Positions 47,699 to 57,197 of a stretch of DNA of 64,000 nt are shown piece after piece (the first letter of the stretch is position 1; each line of letters begins with the position of its first letter). This stretch comes from a virus, in the IMG/VR virus record IMGVR_UViG_3300031521_000015; one strand, written 5' to 3'. A program made the translations under genes and the position numbers. Below the pieces are notes generated by a model. That model was not told where the DNA came from. It searched no databases and was given only the letters and a program-made list of their open reading frames with translations.

Positions 47699-50600
47699 AT
47701 GGCAAGTGGAATTCCAATAGCGAGTGGGTTTTTATTAGGTTCACAACAACCAGTCGATTTACGTACAGTGGTTGATACATATGCTGATTTACAAGCTATG
47801 CCAATAATTCAAAGACATCTTGGTTTATTAGTATATGTAACTAATGATAAACAATATTATTATATAAAAGATGATTTAAATATATGGGAAATATTTAATG
47901 GTGGTTCAGGAGGCAGTGGTGGAAGTATTTTGTACACAAATCAAGAACCTTCAACAATTGCTGTAGGTGGAGTAAATATCGGATTCAAGCCGAAACCAAC
48001 AGGAATTCCTTTGGAAAAGTTAGCTTATCTTATGCTTCATGCAGGTAGTACAGACATAGTTAAATCACCAGTTTTAGTACAATCAACTTATGATGGACAA
48101 TCTAATATACCAGTAGATTTAGAATATATAGCGTTTGATATAACTAATGATATAAATACAGTATTAAAAGATATAACAAAAGTTACTTCTAATCCAAGTG
48201 GTGCAATAAAAGATGTTACATTGGTGGGAACGAAATTATATGTTTATTTAAATCCTCTTAACACAGGTACAATTTATGATGTGAAACTAGATTTGGGAGT
48301 GATTTTGAATGAAGGCGATGATGAAACGTCGTTTGGAGAAGCACAGAATGATTTAGCATTAATTTGCTCATTTGAAACTGCTTGGCTTAGTTATCCAATT
48401 TCACCAACAGTTTTACCTTCATCAATGGATGGTGTAATTGACCAACCTTTATCTTTAAGTGAGATAACTTTTGATGTTAATGATACCTTTAATTTAACTT
48501 TAGATAGTGTAAGTTCCGTAATATCAAGTCCAACAAATATAATTAATACTGTGACATTAGTTGGCAACACAATTCATGTAGGATTACATAACCTAGCTAA
48601 TTTAACAAATTATACAGTAACAGTAAATCCAAATACTGTAGAAAATAACGGAGATAATATTATAACAGCTAGAACATCTCCAAATACAAATACAGTATCA
48701 TGTACATTTAAAACAATAGCACCTGATATTAGTAAACCAGTAATATTGCAATCATCAATGAATGGTTTAACAGAACAAAATATATATACTACGGAAATTA
48801 CGTTCCCTGTTTCAAATGCTATTGCAATGACATTAAAAGATGGAACACAAGCAACTATATCAAGTAGTGGAGTAAGTGCAACTATTGGTACTGCTACTTT
48901 AGATGGTTTAAATGTATTACATATTCCAATTTTGACTAGTAAACTAGAGTATTCAACTACTTATACAATTTCAATATTAGCGAATATAGTTGAAAATCAT
49001 GGCGATGGAATTAATAATTTAAATAGTGCTACAAATACAAATAGTGTGACAACTAGTTTTTCGACCACTACAAAGCCGAAGCCCCAAAATCCAATTATAA
49101 ATCAATCTGCAATCAACAATACAAATGTAGTTTCAGTAAATTTAAGTGAGATAACTTTCCAAATTTCTAACGATTTTAATTTATCTTTAGCTGATGCTAC
49201 TAAAATTACATGTAATAAAACAGGAGTAATAGGGACACCAACTTTAAATTTAGCCACTAAAACAATTCATATTCCAATAATATCGACTTTGGCTTATTAT
49301 ACATCTTATACCATAACACTTCAAAGTGGGTTAATAGTTAATAATGGTGACAATGTTGATACTTTCGGTACAAGTCCTAATGCAAGTATAAGTGCAAGTT
49401 TTATAACTGAGCCTACATTAGTTACTCCACCAATAGTACAAAATTCTAGTATTAATGGTTTAAGTAATCAATCAAGAACTTTGACAGAAGTTGTATTTCC
49501 TATTAGTAATTTTATTGGTACAACAATTAAAGATAGTACAAAAATAACTTGTGATCATGCTGTAATAGGTACACCAACTATAAGTGGAAGTGCTATACAT
49601 ATTCCTATTGTAACTACTTTAGATTTTTTAACAACCTATAGTATATCAATAAATGCTAGTGCAATTCAAAATAATGGAGATGGAATTTCTGCTTTAAGTA
49701 ATAATCCTAATACAAATAGTGTGACTTGTACATTTACAACTATAGATAGACCTGTTGTGTCTGCACCTACAATATTACAAAGTAATCTTAATAACGCAAC
49801 AAATCAATTAACAACATTGAGTGAAATTACGTTTGATGTTTCTAATGCTATTGGTTTGACACTTGTGAATGGATTAAAAGTAACAAGTAATCCAAGCGGA
49901 ATTATAGGAACAGCTACTTTAATAGGTAATGCAATTCATGTGCCTTTGAGTGGATTGAATACAGGTACAACCTATACAGTAAGTATATTGGCTGGAATTG
50001 TTCAAAATAATGGTGATAATATTACAACTAGTGGAAGTACGTTAAATAGTAATACAATAACAGCAACTTTTAAAACAAAAGCAGGAAATGTAAGTCAGCC
50101 TATTGTACAACAGAGTAGTAGCAATGGTTTAACCAATCAACAAATTACATTGAGTGAAATTACTTTCGGAGTTTCAAATGCAATAGGTACAACTTTAAAA
50201 GATGGTAGTAGAGTAAGTATTAGTCCTAGTGGAACTGTTGGAATAGCTACTTTATCATCAAATACATTACATATACCTTTGAGTAATATAACATACTCCA
50301 CTACCTACTCTGTAAGTGTGTTAGATGGAATTGTTACTAACAATGGTGATGGAATTAACAGTAGTGGTACAGCAGATAATACAAATACTGTAACTGCTAG
50401 TTTTACAACAAGAGCAATATTATCTGCACCTAGTTTAACAGCTTCAACATCTACTAGTTATCCTGAGAATACTACACAAATAATTTATACAATTAATCAA
50501 AGTAGTTGTACTTTATTAGATACTAGTAAAATAGTTGTAACAGGTGCAAATAAAGGAACAGTAAGTATTAGTGGAAATCAATTAATAATTCCTATTGGTG

Positions 50601-51052
50601 GAATGGTTAGTGGAAATACTGTTACAGTGAATATTAGTAGTGGTGCAATTGCTAATAGTGATGGAGTAAGTAATGGTGCATTGAGTGATTATACATTTAG
50701 CATAACCGATGCCTCCATTGCATTACCTGCACATGACTTTGAATTAACAATTCCATGGTCTGTTGGAATAATGAGTCTGAATTTGATTTCTGTAACAGGT
50801 TATAGTCCTTCAAACGTATTAAATGCAACAAATTATACTACGCAAAAAATACAAGTTTACTTTGTTGGAGTAAAAGCTGATTTAGATAGTGGCATCCCAG
50901 AAAAAAATGAAAGAATACCCATGAGAGATTATGAAAGTAGTGCAACTAATAATACCTACGTAGGCAAGTGGTATATGTCATCACTTAATGTTATAAAATT
51001 TTTGTCAGCACCTTTAACTGATATAAAGATTAAAATAATAAAATTAATTTAG
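47699..51052 (+). CDS. Large Ig-like repeat protein (about seven 115-aa repeats plus a degenerate eighth)
   Basis: Repeats P.I.QSS.NG..L.EITF.VSN..IGT.TL..IHIP..Y...I....V.NNGD..SF.T. Confidence 0.8.
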   Translation: MASGIPIASGFLLGSQQPVDLRTVVDTYADLQAMPIIQRHLGLLVYVTNDKQYYYIKDDLNIWEIFNGGSGGSGGSILYTNQEPSTIAVGGVNIGFKPKPTGIPLEKLAYLMLHAGSTDIVKSPVLVQSTYDGQSNIPVDLEYIAFDITNDINTVLKDITKVTSNPSGAIKDVTLVGTKLYVYLNPLNTGTIYDVKLDLGVILNEGDDETSFGEAQNDLALICSFETAWLSYPISPTVLPSSMDGVIDQPLSLSEITFDVNDTFNLTLDSVSSVISSPTNIINTVTLVGNTIHVGLHNLANLTNYTVTVNPNTVENNGDNIITARTSPNTNTVSCTFKTIAPDISKPVILQSSMNGLTEQNIYTTEITFPVSNAIAMTLKDGTQATISSSGVSATIGTATLDGLNVLHIPILTSKLEYSTTYTISILANIVENHGDGINNLNSATNTNSVTTSFSTTTKPKPQNPIINQSAINNTNVVSVNLSEITFQISNDFNLSLADATKITCNKTGVIGTPTLNLATKTIHIPIISTLAYYTSYTITLQSGLIVNNGDNVDTFGTSPNASISASFITEPTLVTPPIVQNSSINGLSNQSRTLTEVVFPISNFIGTTIKDSTKITCDHAVIGTPTISGSAIHIPIVTTLDFLTTYSISINASAIQNNGDGISALSNNPNTNSVTCTFTTIDRPVVSAPTILQSNLNNATNQLTTLSEITFDVSNAIGLTLVNGLKVTSNPSGIIGTATLIGNAIHVPLSGLNTGTTYTVSILAGIVQNNGDNITTSGSTLNSNTITATFKTKAGNVSQPIVQQSSSNGLTNQQITLSEITFGVSNAIGTTLKDGSRVSISPSGTVGIATLSSNTLHIPLSNITYSTTYSVSVLDGIVTNNGDGINSSGTADNTNTVTASFTTRAILSAPSLTASTSTSYPENTTQIIYTINQSSCTLLDTSKIVVTGANKGTVSISGNQLIIPIGGMVSGNTVTVNISSGAIANSDGVSNGALSDYTFSITDASIALPAHDFELTIPWSVGIMSLNLISVTGYSPSNVLNATNYTTQKIQVYFVGVKADLDSGIPEKNERIPMRDYESSATNNTYVGKWYMSSLNVIKFLSAPLTDIKIKIIKLI

Positions 51053-51063
51053 GGAGGAATAAG

Positions 51064-51768
51064 ATGAGTTATGATTCAAGTACGGATTTACAACAGATAC
51101 AATCCGATATCTTAACAGAAGATACTAGTAGTAATACCTTAATGCCTTATGACTCTCTTGATTTTTTAAATAAAGCATTAAAAACAGATCAAACTAATAT
51201 AGTAGGTTCTGTTAATGATTTACAAACTTTAGTAAATGGACTATTTGATAACTTTACTAACTTTGGTAGAAAATTTAATGGAGTATTGTTAGATACTGAT
51301 TCATCTGTTGGACAAGCAAAAGTTCAAGAAATGCAAACATTATTAGGGTTTAGTACTGTTTTAGAAGCAATAGTTGAGTTAGCTAAAAGAAGTAATGATT
51401 CAACTATAGATACGCATATAACAGGTTTAGGTGGCGTATTAATTGGACAAGTTGTTTTTATAACCAATGCCAATACCGTTGCTGTTGCAGATTGTAATAA
51501 TGTAGTATGTTCAAATAAAGTTGTAGGACTAGCAATAAATACATCTTCAGAAGGTGAAAAATCTTATGTTAGAAATAAAGGCAAAATAGTAAATCCATTA
51601 TGGAAAACTAATTTTGTAACAGGTGATATAGCTTATTGTGGAAATACAGGAGAAATAACAAAGACACCAAATATGCTTTTATCAAAATTTATTCAAAAAA
51701 TAGGTGTATTTACTAATGATGATGGTGAACTATTAATTGATATTGCTGAAAGCGTAGAACTAGAATAA
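51064..51768 (+). CDS. Putative structural protein with cement/decoration-like C-terminal domain
   Basis: G.VV.I...V..AD..VVG.A..GE motif shared with 51800. Confidence 0.55.
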   Translation: MSYDSSTDLQQIQSDILTEDTSSNTLMPYDSLDFLNKALKTDQTNIVGSVNDLQTLVNGLFDNFTNFGRKFNGVLLDTDSSVGQAKVQEMQTLLGFSTVLEAIVELAKRSNDSTIDTHITGLGGVLIGQVVFITNANTVAVADCNNVVCSNKVVGLAINTSSEGEKSYVRNKGKIVNPLWKTNFVTGDIAYCGNTGEITKTPNMLLSKFIQKIGVFTNDDGELLIDIAESVELE

Positions 51769-51799
51769 ACAAATTAAATGATGAAAGAGAGATGATATA

Positions 51800-52333
51800 A
51801 TGTCAACACAAAAATTTATAACTATTGATAGCACAGGTAAAAAGATATTAAGAGGTGCTGTTGATACAAGTTTAGGTTCAGCAGACAGTGGAAAAATTGT
51901 AGGATTAAACGTAGACGGAAAAGTGGATATTTCTATGATTCCGACTTCCGTGGGAAAAGTAGGATGTATTTTTGCTTTATCAGAACCATTATCAGCAGGT
52001 GATTGGGTAAATGTTTTTACAGACGGAACAGATTACAAAGCAAGATTAGCTGATGTAACTGATTCAGCTAAAGTATGTCATGGTTTTACTACTGCTAATG
52101 GTATTGCTGGAGATAGTGTACTAATCATGTTTGAAGGATTGAACGATTATTTGCCAACAGTAGGACTAGTAAATGGTGCTAGTTATTTCTTAGGAACTCT
52201 TGGTAAAGCAGTTGCAACACCAGATATGACAACTGCTTCTAAATTCGTACAACCATTGGGATATTGTGTTAATACAAGTGATAGTACATTAGCAATAAGG
52301 TATGAACAAGATGAAGTTATTTATTTAGAGTAG
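51800..52333 (+). CDS. Putative structural protein, paralogue of 51064 C-domain
   Basis: GKIV.LN.DGK.D.S.IP; E.LSAGD.VN...A.LAD; FVQ.LG. Confidence 0.6.
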   Translation: MSTQKFITIDSTGKKILRGAVDTSLGSADSGKIVGLNVDGKVDISMIPTSVGKVGCIFALSEPLSAGDWVNVFTDGTDYKARLADVTDSAKVCHGFTTANGIAGDSVLIMFEGLNDYLPTVGLVNGASYFLGTLGKAVATPDMTTASKFVQPLGYCVNTSDSTLAIRYEQDEVIYLE

Positions 52334-52337
52334 GTGA

Positions 52338-52754
52338 ATGAATGTGAAATTTATAACTTTAAATAGTAATGGAAATAAAGTTTTAAAATCAATACCAACA
52401 AAAACAATTGTATTTCAATTCTTTGAAGTATCCGATAAGATAAAAGATCTAATAATTAGATGTCCTTATAATGGTAAGATAGTTAAAATAAGTGCAAGTA
52501 CAAATAATATAGGGACTGTAGATACACAATTAATAGTAGAAAAGATAAGTAAGGGTGATTTTAAAAATCAACTAGATACATGGTCTAGTGTGTTAAGTAG
52601 TAACTTATTTATTAGAACTGAACAAGTAGTTGATGATGGAAGTTATTTAGTCGGTTCTGATATTGTTAGTATTGGTGATTATTTTAGAGTTAATTTAATT
52701 GGTGCTAGTGACTTGAAAGGATTAAATTTAGAAATTGAAATAGAAGTGATTTAA
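52338..52754 (+). CDS. Hypothetical beta-rich protein
   Basis: N-terminus KFITL.S.G.K.L shared with 51800. Confidence 0.65.
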   Translation: MNVKFITLNSNGNKVLKSIPTKTIVFQFFEVSDKIKDLIIRCPYNGKIVKISASTNNIGTVDTQLIVEKISKGDFKNQLDTWSSVLSSNLFIRTEQVVDDGSYLVGSDIVSIGDYFRVNLIGASDLKGLNLEIEIEVI

Positions 52755-52777
52755 ATAATAAATTAATATAAAATTAT

Positions 52778-52806
52778 TTGACAATATCTCTCAAAAGGAG
52801 TATATT
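52778..52806 (+). promoter_or_regulatory. SigA-type promoter of cassette E
   Basis: TTGACA(52778)-17-TATATT(52801). Confidence 0.75.
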
Positions 52807-52812
52807 TATAGT

Positions 52813-52923
52813 AGGGGATAGCAAGGAGTAATTAACCATGTCAATAAGAGTATTATCCTAGATACTCTTCCCTTTTTACATATATAATGCTAGGATAACA
52901 AATTAAATTATTATAGGAGATGA
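52813..52923 (+). ncRNA. Structured 5' leader, copy E (palindromic loop TAATTA)
   Basis: P1 52813-52818/52869-52874; P2 52821-52826/52836-52841; P3 52847-52853/52862-52868. Loop TATCCTAG pairs with CTAGGATA 52890 or TAGGAG SD 52914. Confidence 0.75.
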
Positions 52924-54411
52924 TTGGACATGTTATTGACAAAGGAAGTTGAAGTAGAACTAAATGGAACTAATGTAAAGCATTATGAAGAATTGGGGTA
53001 TGAAATACTTAGAGAAAAGAAATGGAAGAAATGGTCAATTCCCACGGGTACTAAAATAAAAGTAAAAATTGAAGATGTGCCAAAAGGTTCTCATACAGAA
53101 GTGCAATGTTTGTGTGATTATTGTTTAGAAAAAGGTATAAGGACAGTAATTAATAAAAGATATCAAACACACATAAGAGAAAATAAAGATATTTGTGGTA
53201 AATGTAGTAAGAATAAAATAAAAGAAATACATGCGTTAGAAATTCAAACAAAAGTAAAAGAAACTTTTGACTTAGATATAACAAAGGATGGATATTATGA
53301 TTTAAAAAATGTTCAAAAAGTTATTGAATATTTTATATCAAAAAATAATAGATTTCCTAATACTAAAGAAATGTTATCTGTTTTGTTTATTAGTAATTCA
53401 ATTAGTAAAATGCATGGAGGTATGACCAATATTCAAAAAACTATGGGATATAAAAAAGAAGATTTATTGGTTGATGATAGTGGTATGTCTAATAGATCAG
53501 TTTATGAATATTATACAGCTATGTTTTTGTTAGGATTTAATATTTCATTTAAAAGAGAACAATCTCCATTTCCAAAAGGAGAAGGATTATTCAGAAGTGA
53601 TTTTACTTTTTATTTAGAAAATAATAAAACTATTCATTGTGAAGTATGGGGATACCCTAAAGAATTAAAGTCTAGTTTAGGAATAGCATATAATAAAAAT
53701 AGAAAAATCAAAGAAATATTATATGAAAAACATAATGTAGAATATATATCAATAGAACACGATGTTTTTATAAATGGTCTTGAACATATGCAAACAGAAT
53801 TAAAAAATATATTTAATGATTTTATTATAAATAAAGATTTAGTGTTGTCAGTAGAATATTTATTACCACCATACAAGTTATCTGATACTCAAATATTAGA
53901 AAGAATGATGAAATTTAGTGAAGATAAAAATACTCTTCCATCCTGTAGCCATTTAAGAGATATCGGGCAAAGAATGTTATATGAAGAAGTAATAAAAAGA
54001 TATAAAACTTATAAAACATTTGCAGATAAATTTGATAAAAAATTACTTTCTGATGTATATTGGGACACAGAAAAAGCACATAAATCTATATATGATATAT
54101 GTAATGAATTAAATAAAGATGTATTTAGTAACAATCTATTAGAGAAAGTAATAAAAAATAATAATGAATATAGTGGATTGGGTAGGTTTATTAGTTACCA
54201 AGGTGATTTTGTTGATTATTTTTTAGATTTTATAGAAATAAAAATAATCAATGAAAATGAAATGATAGCTGATGATATTATGAAAAAACTAGTTAATTTA
54301 ACATTTGGTAAATATCCACATAGAAAAAACAAAGTGACAGATTTCCAAATAGAAAAATCAAAATATCTATTAAACTTAATAAAAGAAAAGCAATTTAAAG
54401 AGGTAGTTTAA
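52924..54411 (+). CDS. Free-standing putative homing endonuclease (distinct PD-(D/E)XK-like type)
   Basis: N..HYE.LGY and CDYC..CGKC N-terminus; RS.YE..FRSDF..IHCEVWG nuclease-like motif; own promoter and terminator. Confidence 0.65.
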   Translation: MDMLLTKEVEVELNGTNVKHYEELGYEILREKKWKKWSIPTGTKIKVKIEDVPKGSHTEVQCLCDYCLEKGIRTVINKRYQTHIRENKDICGKCSKNKIKEIHALEIQTKVKETFDLDITKDGYYDLKNVQKVIEYFISKNNRFPNTKEMLSVLFISNSISKMHGGMTNIQKTMGYKKEDLLVDDSGMSNRSVYEYYTAMFLLGFNISFKREQSPFPKGEGLFRSDFTFYLENNKTIHCEVWGYPKELKSSLGIAYNKNRKIKEILYEKHNVEYISIEHDVFINGLEHMQTELKNIFNDFIINKDLVLSVEYLLPPYKLSDTQILERMMKFSEDKNTLPSCSHLRDIGQRMLYEEVIKRYKTYKTFADKFDKKLLSDVYWDTEKAHKSIYDICNELNKDVFSNNLLEKVIKNNNEYSGLGRFISYQGDFVDYFLDFIEIKIINENEMIADDIMKKLVNLTFGKYPHRKNKVTDFQIEKSKYLLNLIKEKQFKEVV

Positions 54412-54428
54412 AACTATCTCTTTTTATT
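54397..54428 (+). terminator. Intrinsic terminator after cassette E
   Basis: AAAGAGGTAGTT/AACTATCTCTTT plus T run. Confidence 0.75.
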
Positions 54429-54469
54429 ATACAAAAAAATAAATTAAAAAGAAAGAAGGATGATTAATT

Positions 54470-55093
54470 ATGGCTATACCTATAATTTCATGGAGAAATA
54501 TATCAGATTCTAGTGTTGCATCTTTGGCGGATTTCGGAACTGTTGATGCTGGAAGTTCGAGTGCAGTACTACAATTTTATCTTTTTAACAATTTTGCAGG
54601 TAGCAGTATTGTCAGCAATTGCGAAAGTGCAAAATTGACAATAAAGTCAAATACTGGAGGAATTAGCGATTCGGTGGTCGTTTCAGAAAAATGGTCGTCG
54701 GCTCGTTGCGAATCTGCATCAGAGACAAATTACACACAAATAGGAGGTACTTATAACTCAGGAACTTCAGCGTGGGACGAAACAGCTCTCAGTATTTGTG
54801 CAGACTACTCTTCTTTAAGTGGTGCAGTTGTAAGTGCAACTCAACCTAGTACAGGATTAGTTGATGGATTAATATGGGTTAAAACATCAGCATTAGGAAA
54901 TTCTACATACAGATATAACTTAGGCACAACTACTTTTGTTCAAATTTACGAAATAAGTGGTGCTATAAATACTGGTGCAGTAGCTACTTCAAAAGCTAAC
55001 TTTATTAAAATATCGCTCAGAAATGACGTACCTTCAGCTTCACTTGCAGGGACATATTCCTACAAAACTCGACTCAGATACTCATTTGTATAG
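54470..55093 (+). CDS. Putative structural protein
   Basis: DFGTVDAG..S; Ser/Gly/Thr-rich beta protein; terminator at 55118-55158. Confidence 0.65.
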   Translation: MAIPIISWRNISDSSVASLADFGTVDAGSSSAVLQFYLFNNFAGSSIVSNCESAKLTIKSNTGGISDSVVVSEKWSSARCESASETNYTQIGGTYNSGTSAWDETALSICADYSSLSGAVVSATQPSTGLVDGLIWVKTSALGNSTYRYNLGTTTFVQIYEISGAINTGAVATSKANFIKISLRNDVPSASLAGTYSYKTRLRYSFV

Positions 55094-55211
55094 AAAATAC
55101 GTCAAAATAACCACAATAAAAGACTAAGAGAACCTCAAAAAAACTCTTAGTCTTTTTATCATACCCAAAATCAACAAATTAAAACAATAACAAAAGGGAG
55201 GCAACAATACA

Positions 55212-55853
55212 ATGTTAGACTTAAAAGAAAATAAAAGATTTTTTAATAATTTCAATTCTCCAACACATCAAAGAGAATTCATCTGGTTTGCAAACTATTA
55301 TGATAATACATATTTAACAGAATTCTCACATTCAACGTTAGGAGAAAATAACTTTTATCTAATAGATAAAAACAAATTAGTACAATTTGGATTGATGGGG
55401 CATGGATATTACTTTAATTTTAATGCTCTTAATGGTCAATTCAATATAAATGAGAAAATAATAGACTTTGCGTATGAATGCAATGGTAACTTATATAGAT
55501 TAACAAATAATAATTATACAATTTTCAATGATATTATAACATATAAAAACGTAATAAGCGATTTTAACCCTCATACTGGTGGAGCAGGACAAAAGTTAAT
55601 AGGAAATATTTATGAATATAATTTTGGATATAAAACTAGATTAGAATTTGACGGTGGATTAGTATTAAACTTTTCAGCAATATGTAGCATTCCTACAACT
55701 GTAGATTCTCCAATGTATTTTACTTTGAAACTAACTTCTAATAAAGATATTGATGGCAAGTTCTTAATAATAGATAATGGTAAGTTAGCAAAAGAAGAAC
55801 AAGCTAATTTAAAAGCAAAAACGTCAGGTCAAATGCAATGGTTTGTGAGGTGA
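55212..55853 (+). CDS. Hypothetical protein
   Basis: AGGGAGG RBS; 213 aa. Confidence 0.7.
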   Translation: MLDLKENKRFFNNFNSPTHQREFIWFANYYDNTYLTEFSHSTLGENNFYLIDKNKLVQFGLMGHGYYFNFNALNGQFNINEKIIDFAYECNGNLYRLTNNNYTIFNDIITYKNVISDFNPHTGGAGQKLIGNIYEYNFGYKTRLEFDGGLVLNFSAICSIPTTVDSPMYFTLKLTSNKDIDGKFLIIDNGKLAKEEQANLKAKTSGQMQWFVR

Positions 55854-55859
55854 TTATAG

Positions 55860-57173
55860 ATGACAAAATTTTCACCAAATCAATTACCAAATCTAAAAAC
55901 ATGGATTTCAGCAGATAGCACGGGGTTAGCTAATAATAGTAATGTACCAGTATGGTATGACAAAAGTGGTAATAATTTAAACTTTACACAAAGTGCTACT
56001 ACACAACAACCACTATTAGTATATAATGCATTGAACGGTTATCCAGTAGTTAGATTTACTGCTTCCTCAACACAAACAATGACATTAGCTTATACTTTTT
56101 CAAATCCTGTAACAGTTTTTTATGTTGCAAAACAAAATGGTGTAACAAATGGAAGAATGTTGTCTGGACTATCTAACAATTGGCTTTTAGGATTTCATAG
56201 TGGAGGAAGACAAAGATCTTATTTTGAAGGATGGACTTCTGTATCTTCAGGAAATCCACTCTCAAACACAACGCCTTATATTTATGATTGTGTCATTCAA
56301 GGTGGATCAATAGCTTCAAAAGCCTATGAGAATGGTACTATATTTTCAAATAGTACAGCAGGAGTAACAGCACCTAATGGACTATCATTAAATGGACATT
56401 TATCAACTAGCGAATTTTCTGATGGAGATATTGCAGAACTGATTGTGTATAATTCAGCCTTAACAGATTCAGATAGGCAACTAGTAGAAACCTATTTAGC
56501 TTATAAGTACAATATCCCAGTATCTACATATTCATATCCAAAACAAATAGGAGACTTTCAGCAACTAGATATATATTCATCTAATTTGTGGTATGAACTT
56601 ACAGAGTTAGTAACATTTAATGGAAAATTCAAACATATCGCAGATAAAAATATAAAATATATTGCAAAAATAAATAGTGATATTATTACTAGTACAGATT
56701 TCATATCTCCATTAACTAATTATATAAATTTTCAAATAGATTACACAAAGTTAAATGTGGGAGATAATCCATTAATAATTTATATTACTGATTCAGATAA
56801 TAATCAATCAACCTTTATATATAATGTTGTTAAAGAAAATAGAGATACAAATTCTATGAATAGAAGTACACTATATGCTTCAGAATGGAATTTAGACAAT
56901 AATAATATAAAGTTTGATGTAGATGGTGGAATTACATTGCAAGGCTATGGTCAAAATATTGCAACTACAAATCATTATTCTCACATTAATACAAAAGGAA
57001 AAGCTAAGATTATTGATATTGATATTGAAGGTAAAGATGATATAACTGAGGTTTTAGATTATGTAAGAGATATGAATAATTATCAAACAGTAGATTCTGG
57101 AATTATATGGACACAAGATTTAGAAATAAATAAATATAAGAATGTAAACAATATTACAACATTAAGAAAATAA
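55860..57173 (+). CDS. LamG/concanavalin-like domain protein
   Basis: W.SAD..V..W.DKSGN..P..F; GDIAELIVYNSAL...R..VE.YL..KY. Confidence 0.78.
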   Translation: MTKFSPNQLPNLKTWISADSTGLANNSNVPVWYDKSGNNLNFTQSATTQQPLLVYNALNGYPVVRFTASSTQTMTLAYTFSNPVTVFYVAKQNGVTNGRMLSGLSNNWLLGFHSGGRQRSYFEGWTSVSSGNPLSNTTPYIYDCVIQGGSIASKAYENGTIFSNSTAGVTAPNGLSLNGHLSTSEFSDGDIAELIVYNSALTDSDRQLVETYLAYKYNIPVSTYSYPKQIGDFQQLDIYSSNLWYELTELVTFNGKFKHIADKNIKYIAKINSDIITSTDFISPLTNYINFQIDYTKLNVGDNPLIIYITDSDNNQSTFIYNVVKENRDTNSMNRSTLYASEWNLDNNNIKFDVDGGITLQGYGQNIATTNHYSHINTKGKAKIIDIDIEGKDDITEVLDYVRDMNNYQTVDSGIIWTQDLEINKYKNVNNITTLRK

Positions 57174-57197
57174 TTAAAAGAAAGTAGGTGATTATAT

